A DNA stretch of 64,000 nt from an uncultured bacterium (GCA_903882905.1 CAIRYW010000019.1:1406-65405), one strand, 5' to 3'. Counted from the stretch's first letter, positions 1 through 10,127 are shown. Notes: a model not told the origin generated them from the sequence alone. Program-made: numbers and translations.

Positions 1-91
1 ATTCCTCTAAGAAGCCGTCCTATACCTATAGGCGGCTTTTCTTTTGGATAATTTTTTAAAATATTTTTTAAAACAGGTTATAATTTCAAGT

Positions 92-790
92 ATGAAAGCT
101 TCAATTATCATTCCGGCTTACAACGAAGAAAAATATATAGAAAAAACTCTTGAACTTGCTTTAAAACAAAATTATCCAGATTTTGAAATTATTGTTGTTG
201 ATAATAATAGTACTGATAAGACAAATGAATTAGCAAGAAAATTTGACGTAAAAGTTTTTCTAGAAAAAAACAAAGGCACTCTATGGACTAGGGAAAGGGG
301 AAGGAAAGAAGCAAGCGGAGAGGTTTTGGCTTTTCTAGATGCAGATTGTCTACCTGATTCCGACTGGCTTAGAGAAGGAGTGAAATGGTTCGAGTTCGAT
401 AAAAATGTTGTAGCGGTTACAGGCCCTTATGATTATTTTGATAGTTCTTCGTGGTATCGATTTTTTTCTATGTTTTTGCAAAAAAATATTTATTCCTTTT
501 TTAATATTTTTTTGCAAAGGATTCATAAAGGTGCAGTTTTAATTTTTGGAAATAGTTTTATAAGAGCATCCAGTGCAGAAAATATTGGAGGTTTTAATAC
601 TAATATTACTTTTTATGGCGATGATACGGACACAGCCAAAAGACTTTCAAAGTTTGGAAAAATTGTTTTTGATAAAAAACTTATAATAAAATCCTCATCG
701 AGAAGATTGAAAAAAGAAGGAATGATAAAAATACCACTTCTCTATGTTCTAACTTTTTTTAAAATATTAATTCTAGGCGAGAGAAAGTAG
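92..790 (+). CDS. Glycosyltransferase family 2
   Basis: SIIIPAYNEE, VVDNNSTD and FLDAD GT-A motifs; start moved to ATG 92, 7 nt after TATAAT (79-84). Confidence 0.9.
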   Translation: MKASIIIPAYNEEKYIEKTLELALKQNYPDFEIIVVDNNSTDKTNELARKFDVKVFLEKNKGTLWTRERGRKEASGEVLAFLDADCLPDSDWLREGVKWFEFDKNVVAVTGPYDYFDSSSWYRFFSMFLQKNIYSFFNIFLQRIHKGAVLIFGNSFIRASSAENIGGFNTNITFYGDDTDTAKRLSKFGKIVFDKKLIIKSSSRRLKKEGMIKIPLLYVLTFFKILILGERK

Positions 791-1108
791 TACAACTGAA
801 ATAAGAGCGAGGATAATTCCCAAAATACTCAATGTATTTAATTTTTCTCCAAATACGATAACTCCAATAAGAACTGTCAAAAGCAGACTGATGACTGACC
901 ACATTGTTCCTATAATGGATAGCTGATGTTTTTCCATAATTGCAGGCAACCAAGCAATCAAGGAAATTACATCGACTAGTAGTAAATAGAAAAGCAAACT
1001 AAAACTTGGATGCAGTGCAAATTTTTTGGAAAAGAATTCTCCAAAAGCAAAAAAAATTCCTGAGGTTATGAGCCAGACAATTGGTGGAAAGAAAAAAAGA
1101 AAATTCAT
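773..1108 (-). CDS. SMR/DMT-superfamily small membrane transporter
   Basis: 111 aa with four hydrophobic segments, Glu in TM1 (FAFGEFFSK) and a GVIVFGEKL motif. Confidence 0.7.
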   Translation of the reverse strand: MNFLFFFPPIVWLITSGIFFAFGEFFSKKFALHPSFSLLFYLLLVDVISLIAWLPAIMEKHQLSIIGTMWSVISLLLTVLIGVIVFGEKLNTLSILGIILALISVVLLSLA

Positions 1109-1237
1109 CCCGCACTAGAAAATGACCTCGCTTTCAAAAGCGCGGAAATTTTCAAAATTACTTTTAAACTCGACTTGAAATTCCATGTTGTGATCGTTTG
1201 TAAGGTTAAGCTTTTAAGGTCATTTTACAGTGACGGG
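1109..1237. mobile_element. MITE-like insertion with imperfect ~20-bp terminal inverted repeats and a 6-bp flanking direct repeat
   Basis: cccgcactagaaaatgacct (1109-1128) pairs with aggtcattttacagtgacggg (1217-1237); ATTCAT lies on both sides (1103-1108, 1238-1243). Confidence 0.6.
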
Positions 1238-1273
1238 ATTCATCATTGTTAAATTATTATAGCTCAAATAGTA

Positions 1274-1975
1274 TCATTCACCAGATCTTGCAAGAGAAAA
1301 ACATAATACATGTCGAGCGCCATTTTGTTTTAAAATCTTTTTAGCTTCATCTAAAGTTGAACCGGTCGTTGTGACGTCATCAACTAGAATGAAAAAGGAG
1401 TGCAAAAATTCCGCAGGAATTTTTGCACTAAAAGAATCTGTAAGATTGTACAATCTTTCTTTTCTAGCAAGATTAGTTTGGTGTAGTGTGTTTTTTACTT
1501 TTTTCAAAATATTTTTTTCTACAATTGAATCTAAGGGAAAATTTTTTGATAATAAATTTGAAATATCTAGAGCTTGATTGAAACCTTTTTCGTAGAGTCT
1601 TTTTTTGTGGGAGGGAATAGGGACAAAAATAATTTTTTTATTTTTTACTTCATCTGATCTAAATGACCAAATATTTTCTTCAATATACAAAGAAAGTTCG
1701 TCCGCTGAAAATTTAGCCAAAGAAGTGAGAATTTTCTTGTTTCTACTATATTTGATTTCTTTTATTGCTTCTTTAACTTCTCCGTTTTCGTAGGAGAAAA
1801 AACTAAGAATGTTGTTTTTCTCTAGAGGTGAGAAAAATTTTACCCAATCGTCTTCTGTATATTTTTCGAGCCTAGTTGTAAGCTCACTTTTTACAAATAA
1901 AAAATCTTCTACTATTTCCCACAAATATACTAAAACGTTGAGGAAATTGCTTTTTATGCGTGTTATAATATTCAT
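1274..1975 (-). CDS. comF: ComF family competence protein (PRTase domain)
   Basis: VPIP..KKRLYEKGFNQA and ILVDDVTTTGSTL motifs; ATG 1975 chosen to avoid overlap with pilM. Confidence 0.85.
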   Translation of the reverse strand: MNIITRIKSNFLNVLVYLWEIVEDFLFVKSELTTRLEKYTEDDWVKFFSPLEKNNILSFFSYENGEVKEAIKEIKYSRNKKILTSLAKFSADELSLYIEENIWSFRSDEVKNKKIIFVPIPSHKKRLYEKGFNQALDISNLLSKNFPLDSIVEKNILKKVKNTLHQTNLARKERLYNLTDSFSAKIPAEFLHSFFILVDDVTTTGSTLDEAKKILKQNGARHVLCFSLARSGE

Positions 1976-1985
1976 ATCTATATTT

Positions 1986-3101
1986 ATGAATGATTTTATT
2001 AAGAATTTATTTAATTTTAACAAGACAGATACAAATGTGATAGGGATTGATATAGGATCTTCTTCTATCAAGATTGTTCAACTTGCTAAATCAAAAGGCA
2101 AAGCAATTTTAAAGACTTATGGAAGTCTTGCTATTGGTCCATATGCTGGAGTTACGATCGGCCAAGCGGCGGTTCTCCCTGGAGAAAAATTGAGCGAGAT
2201 AATAATTGATTTAATGAAAGAAGCAAATGTTAATACAACAAATGCTGGTGTGGCTATTCCACTTCGTTCGAGTTTGGTTTCTTTAATAGAAATGCCGAAC
2301 CTCTCGCAAAGTGAACTTCAAAAAATGGTTCCACTTGAAGCAAGAAAATATATTCCAGTACCAATAAGTGAAGTAACTATGGATTGGTGGGTTATTCCAA
2401 AAGATGAGACAAGAACTTTTTCTTCACCTCAGACTGCACCAATGATTAAGGCAGATAAAGCCGAAGTATTAGTTGTTTCTATTCATAATGAAGTTTTAAA
2501 TAATTACACTTCAATAATAAAAAATGCTGGTCTGTCCACAAGTTTTTTTGAAATTGAAATGTTTGCAACGATCAGATCTCTTATAGAACATGAACTTAGC
2601 CCTGTGATGATTTTTGACATGGGAGCTTCTGCAACAAAACTTTATCTTGTTGAAAGAGGAGTCGTTAAACAGTCACACATCATTAACAGAGGTTCACAAG
2701 ATATCACAATCGCTCTTTCTCAAGGACTTCAAGTTTCAATGGAAAAAGCTGAAAAAATAAAAAGAAGTATCGGGACACTTACAAAAGAAGAAGAGAAAAA
2801 TATTTATGATATTTCTGAGCTCACCATGGATTATATTTTTTCAGAGGCTGGAAGTGTTTTACTTGCTTTTGAGAAAAAAAACCACAAGAGTGTTTCGAGA
2901 GTGTATTTGACCGGAGGAGGAATTCTAATGAAAGGTTTTCTTGATATTGCAAAATCAAAGTTTCAAACAGACGTTGTAATAGGGGATCCTTTTACAAAAA
3001 TAGAGGTTCCAGCTTTTCTTTCGGAGATTCTTAAGGAAAGCGGATTAGATTTCGCTGTAGCTACAGGACTTGCTTTACGTAAGTTACAGGAATTTTTGTA
3101 G
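1986..3101 (+). CDS. pilM: Type IV pilus assembly protein PilM
   Basis: Actin-like IGIDIGSSSIKIV, EARKYIP, FDMGAS and YLTGGG; first gene of the pil cluster. Confidence 0.9.
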   Translation: MNDFIKNLFNFNKTDTNVIGIDIGSSSIKIVQLAKSKGKAILKTYGSLAIGPYAGVTIGQAAVLPGEKLSEIIIDLMKEANVNTTNAGVAIPLRSSLVSLIEMPNLSQSELQKMVPLEARKYIPVPISEVTMDWWVIPKDETRTFSSPQTAPMIKADKAEVLVVSIHNEVLNNYTSIIKNAGLSTSFFEIEMFATIRSLIEHELSPVMIFDMGASATKLYLVERGVVKQSHIINRGSQDITIALSQGLQVSMEKAEKIKRSIGTLTKEEEKNIYDISELTMDYIFSEAGSVLLAFEKKNHKSVSRVYLTGGGILMKGFLDIAKSKFQTDVVIGDPFTKIEVPAFLSEILKESGLDFAVATGLALRKLQEFL

Positions 3102-3107
3102 GAGGAA

Positions 3108-3391
3108 CCCAGCACCTTTTTATGCACTATGTGTATGTAATACAAAGCATTATTGATAAAAGTTTATATTTTGGCATTACTAATGATCTAAGCCGTCGCC
3201 TGTTAGAGCATAATGATAAGAAAAATTTTTCCACGAGTTATAAAGGTCCATGGAGGTATGTGTACATTGAAGGATATTTAAGTAGGAAAGATGCTGCTTT
3301 GAGAGAAAAAATTTTTAAGCATTACGGTAATGCACGGACTTATGTTAAACGTCGATTGAAAAATAGTTTAAGTGCATAAGAAGGTGCTGGG
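3108..3391. mobile_element. CCCAGCAC-family inverted-repeat element carrying a GIY-YIG nuclease gene
   Basis: cccagcacctt (3108-3118) and aaggtgctggg (3381-3391) tightly enclose ORF 3122-3379, between pilM and pilN. Confidence 0.7.
3122..3379 (+). CDS. Small GIY-YIG nuclease family protein
   Basis: YVYVIQS...LYFGITNDLSRRLLEHN...ALRE. Confidence 0.85.
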   Translation: MHYVYVIQSIIDKSLYFGITNDLSRRLLEHNDKKNFSTSYKGPWRYVYIEGYLSRKDAALREKIFKHYGNARTYVKRRLKNSLSA

Positions 3392-3462
3392 AAAAGATAT
3401 TAACACCATTCTCACTTTAGGCATTCGCATATTTTTCTAATAAGCGCTAAAATATAAGTAAG

Positions 3463-4185
3463 ATGGAAACAAAGTTTCAAAATACATTTATACCAAAATC
3501 AGCTCTTGATACTCCAAGTATTACTCCTAATAGACAAGCGAACTTTTTGACTTTTGTTTCAATGATTATTTTTCTTTTGAGTTGTGTTTTGGCGGGTGGT
3601 GTATTTCTTTGGGGACAGTATCTTGCAGGTCAGGTGAGTTCACTAAATCAAAGTCTAGAAATAAATAAAAATGCTTTTGAACCAGGCACGATTGAACAAT
3701 ATTCTAGATTAAATAGTCGATTCGATAGTGCAAGAGGTCTTCTATCAAGTCATGTCGCAGCTTCTGCATTCTTTGATTTGCTCAACAAAGATACTTTGAA
3801 AACAATTCAATTTTCAGATTTGAAGTATTCACAAGACGGAAGCGGCCTTATTTCTATCAAAATGTCTGGTAAAGCAAAGTCATATAACTCAGTTGCTTAT
3901 CAAGCCAAAATTTTTTCAAACGAAGTAGCTTTCAAGAACGCAGTATTTTCAAATCTAGATCTTGATCAGTCTGGAAATGTGATTTTTGAATTTGATACAC
4001 AAGTTAATCCAAGTCTCGTAACCTATCAAAATAATATTGCAGCCTATAAAAATCTTTCAAATAATGTACCTCAGACTTTAAGTATTCCAGATCAAAATTC
4101 AGTTTCAAGCAGTAGTAGCGTAGGAGGTTTATCTTTTCCACCAGTAACGTCTACAAGTTCAAATGTTAAATCTATAAAAAAATAA
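3463..4185 (+). CDS. PilN-like pilus assembly protein
   Basis: N-terminal TM plus coiled coil plus ferredoxin-like pattern; sits between pilM and pilO. Confidence 0.65.
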   Translation: METKFQNTFIPKSALDTPSITPNRQANFLTFVSMIIFLLSCVLAGGVFLWGQYLAGQVSSLNQSLEINKNAFEPGTIEQYSRLNSRFDSARGLLSSHVAASAFFDLLNKDTLKTIQFSDLKYSQDGSGLISIKMSGKAKSYNSVAYQAKIFSNEVAFKNAVFSNLDLDQSGNVIFEFDTQVNPSLVTYQNNIAAYKNLSNNVPQTLSIPDQNSVSSSSSVGGLSFPPVTSTSSNVKSIKK

Positions 4186-4743
4186 ATGAAAGCAACAATT
4201 TTTCCAATATTATTAATAGCCGGTGCAATAGGACTTTTTGTCTTAGTAACAAATCCTCAGTATCAAGCGGCCAAAGATGTACAGACTCAAGTAGGTAGTC
4301 TAAGTGAAGCTTTGGGTAAGTCCGAGCAAATTCTTGCAAAAAGATCCGAATTACAAATACAATATAATAATTTTTCTTCCAAAGATATTACCTCGATTGA
4401 CAAACTTCTTCCTGACAATGTCGATAACGTCCAATTGGTACTTGATATGAATGGAATCGCAAGAAATCATGGTATGGTTCTTAGAAATATAAAAATTCAG
4501 GATCAGGGCGGTTCTGGAAACGCTAGTGCGCAAGGAACTCAAGCTTTAGGTCCAAATAATAGTCCAGTTGGCTCTTTGTCGCTCTCTTTTGATGTAACAG
4601 GAGATTACCAAAGCTTCACAGGTTTTCTAAAGGATTTGGAACAAAGTCTTAGGATCGTTGATGTTACTGGAATTAGTTTTAAATCGACAGATAAGGGTAT
4701 CTACGATTATGTAGTAAATATAAAAACCTATTGGTTAAAATAA
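4186..4743 (+). CDS. pilO: Type IV pilus assembly protein PilO
   Basis: TM, LLPD, GDYQSFTGFLKDLEQSLRIVDV. Confidence 0.8.
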   Translation: MKATIFPILLIAGAIGLFVLVTNPQYQAAKDVQTQVGSLSEALGKSEQILAKRSELQIQYNNFSSKDITSIDKLLPDNVDNVQLVLDMNGIARNHGMVLRNIKIQDQGGSGNASAQGTQALGPNNSPVGSLSLSFDVTGDYQSFTGFLKDLEQSLRIVDVTGISFKSTDKGIYDYVVNIKTYWLK

Positions 4744-4746
4744 AAT

Positions 4747-5157
4747 ATGAAAGATTTATACGAAAAATTTAAATTACCAATCATTATCATAGCCCTCTTG
4801 GGTTTGGCTTTTGTTTTTTACAACATGTTTTTTAAAACTACAGCCGACTCCTCTGCACTTGTTAGTAATCCTGTTTCAGGTAACTCTGTTTCTGCAGATT
4901 TTTTGCCACTCCTACTTAAAATTCAGGATATCAAATTTGATCAAGGTTTTTTTGCAAATAGTACATACACTTCACTTAAAGATTTTGGTCAAACAATAAT
5001 TACTGAAGATAAACAAAGGAATGATCCATTTTCTCCTGTCTCTGGAGTAAATGTTTCTTCTTCTACTGTCGAAGGTTTAGGATTTACTGTGCAAACTGTT
5101 ACAGGAACATCAACTACTTCTTCTTCAAATTCTACAGCAACAGTTAAGACTAAATAA
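4747..5157 (+). CDS. Membrane-anchored pilus-cluster protein (PilP position)
   Basis: N-terminal TM, RNDPF motif, Ser/Thr-rich tail; gene order. Confidence 0.5.
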   Translation: MKDLYEKFKLPIIIIALLGLAFVFYNMFFKTTADSSALVSNPVSGNSVSADFLPLLLKIQDIKFDQGFFANSTYTSLKDFGQTIITEDKQRNDPFSPVSGVNVSSSTVEGLGFTVQTVTGTSTTSSSNSTATVKTK

Positions 5158-5160
5158 AAT

Positions 5161-6882
5161 ATGGATTTAATTACGATTCTTTCAAAAAAAGGAGTACTTT
5201 CTTCTGGAGATGCTGATAGAGCAAGATCTGAATCAAAATCCCCAGAGGATATCGAGGAGATTTTGAAATCATATGGTATCAGCAAAACTGATATTCTTTC
5301 TGCAAAAGGAGAAGAGATGAACATTCCTACAAAAGAGATTGAAAATCCAAATATACCGATGGAGACGCTTAAGTATATTCCAGAGGATTCTGCTAATTAC
5401 TATCAAGTTATTCCACTCGGTTTAAATAAGGGTGCCCTTGAAGTTGGGATTGTTGATCCGGAAAATATAGAGGCTAGAGATGCTATAAGCTTTATTGCTT
5501 CAAAAAATAACGTTCCTTATAAAATATTTTTAATTTCTAAAGAAGATTTTGATAAAGGAATACTTGCTTACAAAGGACTTTCTGGAGAAGTGACCAGAGC
5601 TCTTTCTGAACTGGAAGAAGACCTTACCGACGAAGAGAAGGAAATGATCAGTCTTAAAGATGAAAATATAAACAGAAAGATCAATTCTGTGAATATTATC
5701 GAGGATGCGCCGGTAAAAAAAATAGTTGCGACGATTTTACGATACGCTATTGAAGGTGAGGCTTCTGATGTCCACATAGAACCAATGGTTGATAAGGTCA
5801 GAGTACGTTTTAGACTCGATGGAGCATTGCATACATCACTTATTTTGCCTATAAAAGTATTAAATACTGTAGTAGCGAGAATAAAAATTCTTTCGGATAT
5901 GAAACTTGATGAAAAAAGAAAACCACAAGATGGTCGTTTTAGTGCACGTATAGATGGCAGAAAAATTGATTTTCGTGTTTCAACTTTCCCAACTTACTAT
6001 GGAGAAAAAGTGGTTATGAGAATTCTTGACCAAGCTAAGGGGGTTAAACCCCTTGATGATCTGGATATTTCAGAGAGGGATTTAAAAATGATTAAAGAGG
6101 CTATACACAAACCATACGGATTGATTTTAATTTCTGGTCCTACGGGTTCTGGAAAGACAACTACTCTATATTCTATGCTTGGTGAAGTTGATAAAGAATC
6201 AAACAATGTACTCTCACTTGAAGATCCTGTTGAATACAACGTAGAAGGAATGAGTCAATCACAAATCAGACCTGAGATCGATTATACTTTTGCTAACGGA
6301 CTTAGAACTACTCTGAGACAAGACCCAGATATTATTATGGTGGGAGAAATTAGAGATAAAGAAACTGCTGCTCTTGCGATTCAAGCAGCACTTACAGGAC
6401 ACCTTGTGTTCTCAACTATTCACACAAATGATGCAATCGGGGTAATACCAAGATTGGTAGATATGGGTGTTGATCCGTACCTTATTGCTCCAACCTTGAT
6501 TTTATCAATGGCCCAAAGATTAGTCGCAAAAATTGCTCCAGGAGGAGGAAAAGAAATGCCAATAGAAGGAAGTATTCAAGTCATGATAGATAAACAATTT
6601 GTAGATTTACCTGAAGAATTTAAGAGTTCAATTCCAAAAGGAAATACTGTAGTTGAGGCGATCCCTACGAGCGAGTTTCCAAAAGGTACTCACGGAAGAA
6701 TAGGTGTGTTTGAAGTCTTTAAGATGGATAGGGAATTAGAAAATATTATTCTCACAAATCCAATAGAGACGGAAATTTGGAAAGTTGTTAGAAAACAAGG
6801 AATGTTTACTATGAAAGAAAACGCTATTGTTAAAGCCATAAAGCATGAAATTCCTTTTGAAGAAATAAGTGGTCTTGCTTAA
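5161..6882 (+). CDS. pilB: Pilus extension ATPase PilB (GspE/PulE family)
   Basis: ASDVHIEP, PQDGRF, GPTGSGKTTT, EDPVEY, LRQDPDIIMVGEIRD. Confidence 0.95.
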   Translation: MDLITILSKKGVLSSGDADRARSESKSPEDIEEILKSYGISKTDILSAKGEEMNIPTKEIENPNIPMETLKYIPEDSANYYQVIPLGLNKGALEVGIVDPENIEARDAISFIASKNNVPYKIFLISKEDFDKGILAYKGLSGEVTRALSELEEDLTDEEKEMISLKDENINRKINSVNIIEDAPVKKIVATILRYAIEGEASDVHIEPMVDKVRVRFRLDGALHTSLILPIKVLNTVVARIKILSDMKLDEKRKPQDGRFSARIDGRKIDFRVSTFPTYYGEKVVMRILDQAKGVKPLDDLDISERDLKMIKEAIHKPYGLILISGPTGSGKTTTLYSMLGEVDKESNNVLSLEDPVEYNVEGMSQSQIRPEIDYTFANGLRTTLRQDPDIIMVGEIRDKETAALAIQAALTGHLVFSTIHTNDAIGVIPRLVDMGVDPYLIAPTLILSMAQRLVAKIAPGGGKEMPIEGSIQVMIDKQFVDLPEEFKSSIPKGNTVVEAIPTSEFPKGTHGRIGVFEVFKMDRELENIILTNPIETEIWKVVRKQGMFTMKENAIVKAIKHEIPFEEISGLA

Positions 6883-6950
6883 AAAATGTTACAATAATGC
6901 TAAAGATTACTGGTTAGGAATTTAAAAAGTAAATTTTAAATTAAAAAAAC

Positions 6951-7343
6951 ATGGAAGAGGATAAAAACAAAAAAAAATTCAGTGTAGTATTGGTTGACGA
7001 CGACAAATTCCTTTTGAATATGTATGCGATGAAATTTACGAAAGAAGGTTATGGTATTACCGCTTTTCAATCTTCAGAAGAAGCATTAGAAAAATTTAGA
7101 CTAGGACTTAGTCCAGACGTAGTTCTTTTGGATGTTGTAATGCCTGGTATGGATGGACTTTCTTTGTTAAAAATATTACGTGATGAAAAACTTATACTAA
7201 ACTCAGCTGTTGTCATACTTTCAAATCAAGGAGCTCAAAGCGATATAGATAATGCAAAGGCCTTAAAAATTGATGGATATATTGTGAAAGCAACAACTAT
7301 TCCATCAGAAGTTTTGAGAGAAGTCTCTAGAATTGTCGAATAA
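6951..7343 (+). CDS. Single-domain response regulator receiver
   Basis: LVDDD, LLDVVMPGMDG, YIVK. Confidence 0.9.
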   Translation: MEEDKNKKKFSVVLVDDDKFLLNMYAMKFTKEGYGITAFQSSEEALEKFRLGLSPDVVLLDVVMPGMDGLSLLKILRDEKLILNSAVVILSNQGAQSDIDNAKALKIDGYIVKATTIPSEVLREVSRIVE

Positions 7344-7369
7344 AAAAAAGCAAATAATTTATAAAAAAT

Positions 7370-8431
7370 ATGGATTACGACAAAGAAATCAAAGAATTAC
7401 TCGAAACTGTCATAAGAGAGGGAGCGTCCGATTTACATATTTCAGAAAAAAGACACCCAACTATTAGGGTTTCAGGTAATTTAATTCCGCTTGTGAAAAA
7501 AGAAGCATTTTCAACACAAGATACCAGAGGAATACTTCGAAAATTGGTTAAACCAGAACTTGAAGATGCTTTTGAAAAAAATAAAGAAATAGATTTTTCA
7601 TATGAATTTGAAGGAAAAGCACGTTTTAGAGGAAATGCTTTTTTCCAACAAGGGCATATTTCAATTGCCCTACGATTAATTCCTAAAATAATTCAATCCC
7701 TTGAAGAATTAAAACTTCCAGCAATTTTGGGTGATTTTGCAAAGAAGAAGCAGGGATTCTTTTTGGTTGTTGGTCCCGTTGGGCAAGGAAAGACTACAAC
7801 TCTTGCCTCGATGGTTGAATTAATAAACCAAGAAAGAGCCGAACACATTGTGACAATTGAAGATCCTATCGAATATGCTTATGATCAAAAAAAATCAATC
7901 ATCGATCAGCGCGAAGTAAGAATTGATACAAAAGATTTTCACTCTGCTCTTATTTCAACTCTCAGAGAAGATATGAATGTGATCATGGTAGGAGAGATGA
8001 GAGACCCTGAGACAATGTCAGCTGCTGTAACAGCGGCAGAAACAGGTCACTTGGTATTTTCTACACTACATACAAATAATGCCGCTCAGACTATTGATAG
8101 AATTATTGACTCATTTCCTCCAGGACAGCAGGAACAAATTAGAATTCAACTTGCGGGATCTCTCATTGGAGTATTTTCACAAAGACTTATTCCTAGAATT
8201 TCAGGTGGAAGAATTCCTGCTTATGAATTAATGATTGCGAATGATGCAGTAGCAAACTTGATTCGTGAAAAAAGAGTTCATGAAATTGATACTGTAATTG
8301 AGACAAGCTCAGAGCAGGGAATGATTGATATGAATAGATGTTTGGCTGATTTGGTGCGTGCTGGGGAAATCACAATCGAAAATGCTTATAAGTTTGCATT
8401 TAAACCAAAGTCGCTTGAGAAGATGTTGTAG
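7370..8431 (+). CDS. pilT: Pilus retraction ATPase PilT
   Basis: ASDLH, GPVGQGKTTT, EDPIEY, GEMRD, AAETGHLVFSTLHT, AVANLIRE. Confidence 0.95.
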   Translation: MDYDKEIKELLETVIREGASDLHISEKRHPTIRVSGNLIPLVKKEAFSTQDTRGILRKLVKPELEDAFEKNKEIDFSYEFEGKARFRGNAFFQQGHISIALRLIPKIIQSLEELKLPAILGDFAKKKQGFFLVVGPVGQGKTTTLASMVELINQERAEHIVTIEDPIEYAYDQKKSIIDQREVRIDTKDFHSALISTLREDMNVIMVGEMRDPETMSAAVTAAETGHLVFSTLHTNNAAQTIDRIIDSFPPGQQEQIRIQLAGSLIGVFSQRLIPRISGGRIPAYELMIANDAVANLIREKRVHEIDTVIETSSEQGMIDMNRCLADLVRAGEITIENAYKFAFKPKSLEKML

Positions 8432-8464
8432 AAATTAAGGAGCAAAGCGACTATAATTTCAAAA

Positions 8465-8590
8465 CCCAGTACTAACTTTTCGGAACAATTTAAAAAAAAT
8501 GAGAATTAATAAATTACATAACATATTGAAAATAAAAATCAGTCAGACGACTGATTTTTGTGGTAAATTATCAGAAAAGTTAGTGCTGGG
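8465..8590. repeat. CCCAGCAC-family inverted-repeat element (non-coding)
   Basis: cccagtactaacttttc (8465-8481) and gaaaagttagtgctggg (8574-8590), with an internal hairpin aaaaatcagtc-agac-gactgattttt. Confidence 0.75.
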
Positions 8591-8630
8591 TGGCGATTTT
8601 AATACTCGCTTCACTCGTTAAAAATCAGCC

Positions 8631-9830
8631 ATGCTCTTCAACTACAAAGCCATAGATCCAAAAGGTACTCAAATAAGCGGATCAGTAGATGCCGTTTCTA
8701 CTGATAGTGCTATTTCCTCAATTCAAAAAAGAGGACTTGTAATTGTTAGTATCAATGAAGCAAAAAAAGGATTTAATCAGACTTTCAGTTTTTTAAACCG
8801 AGTAAAAAATAAAGATATAGTTATCCTTTCAAGACAAATTGCCACTCTTTTCACCGCTCAAGTTTCAGCTCTTAGAGTCTTTAGAATGCTTTCTGACCAA
8901 ACAGATAATCCAGCACTTGGTGTAGTGCTTGTTGAAGTTGCAAGTGATTTGCAAGGGGGAACCTCTATATCAAAAGCTCTATCAAAACATCCAAAAGTTT
9001 TTTCAAATTTCTATGTAAATATGGTTAAAGCAGGGGAGGAGTCTGGGAAACTTGATCTTACTTTTACATACTTGGCAGATTATCTAGATAGAAATTTTGC
9101 AGTAACATCAAAAGCAAAAAATGCTCTGATTTATCCAGCTTTCGTAATTTTTACTTTTATTGTTGTTATGGCTGTGATGTTTACAGTTGTTATCCCTCAG
9201 ATAACTTCGATTATTACTGATGCTGGTCAAGCTATTCCTTTATCTACTCAAATAGTTATCGGTATTAGTAATTTCCTGAGAGATTACGGAATATTTTTAG
9301 TTATTGCAATATTAATTGCAGGTTTTTTTGTTATCAAATACAGCAGAACCGAAAAAGGTTCTTACGCCTTATCCGAATTTCAGTTGCTAGTTCCATATGT
9401 TGGGACTTTATATAAAAAACTTTATCTTTCAAGAATTGCAGATAATATGAACACCTTACTTACTTCTGGAGTACCTATGGTCCGTGCACTTGAACTTACA
9501 GCAGATGTTGTTGATAACAGGGTTTATCAAACGATTCTTCTTGCTTCATTAGAAGCCGTGAAAGCTGGTAGCACTCTTTCTGATGCTTTTTCAAAATATG
9601 AGCAAATTCCGGGGATTATTGTTCAAATGGTAAAAGTTGGAGAGGAGACAGGGGAACTCGGAAAAATTTTGGAAACTTTAGCAAAGTTTTACGAAAGAGA
9701 GGTAGTAAATGCTGTTGATACTCTTGTTGATTTAATTGAACCTGTCATGATTGTTGTGTTAGGTTTGGGTGTCGCCTTTTTGCTTGTTTCTGTGCTTATG
9801 CCTATCTACAACTTGTCCTCGTCAATTTAA
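8631..9830 (+). CDS. pilC: Type IV pilus platform protein PilC (T2SSF family)
   Basis: MVKAGEESGKLD, ALIYP, MVKVGEETGEL, LIEP. Confidence 0.95.
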   Translation: MLFNYKAIDPKGTQISGSVDAVSTDSAISSIQKRGLVIVSINEAKKGFNQTFSFLNRVKNKDIVILSRQIATLFTAQVSALRVFRMLSDQTDNPALGVVLVEVASDLQGGTSISKALSKHPKVFSNFYVNMVKAGEESGKLDLTFTYLADYLDRNFAVTSKAKNALIYPAFVIFTFIVVMAVMFTVVIPQITSIITDAGQAIPLSTQIVIGISNFLRDYGIFLVIAILIAGFFVIKYSRTEKGSYALSEFQLLVPYVGTLYKKLYLSRIADNMNTLLTSGVPMVRALELTADVVDNRVYQTILLASLEAVKAGSTLSDAFSKYEQIPGIIVQMVKVGEETGELGKILETLAKFYEREVVNAVDTLVDLIEPVMIVVLGLGVAFLLVSVLMPIYNLSSSI

Positions 9831-9852
9831 GGAGAAAAAACTTAGAGGCTTA

Positions 9853-9907
9853 AAAACCTGCGAGGCTAAGCCTCAAGGATTTTAAGAGGCTTAGCCTCGC
9901 AGGTTTT
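9853..9907. repeat. 22-bp inverted repeat made of two AGG-N5-CCT mini-palindromes (REP-like)
   Basis: aaaacctgcgaggctaagcctc and gaggcttagcctcgcaggtttt. Confidence 0.75.
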
Positions 9908-9921
9908 CACTACAAAATTTG

Positions 9922-9961
9922 CCCAGCACCTTCTTTTGCTGCAGCAAAAGAAGGTGCTGGG
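9922..9961. repeat. Perfect 40-bp palindrome; minimal CCCAGCAC-family element
   Basis: cccagcaccttcttttgctg|cagcaaaagaaggtgctggg. Confidence 0.85.
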
Positions 9962-10127
9962 TTTTCCACACCCTATTTTTTTTAAAAAGTATTTAATGTA
10001 TAATTACAGGACAATTAAAAACAAATTCGCTCGGGTCGAATCGAGCAGAAATTAATTTAAAAGTTATTAGCGTGCCCTCTCAAGTTTTTTGAAGAAAAAT
10101 TTGTTAGGGTTATAAATTACTAAAAAA

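Noticed and set aside
8358-8365. Single GTGCTGGG inside pilT
   Set aside because: It has no upstream partner arm and encodes ordinary residues; likely chance.
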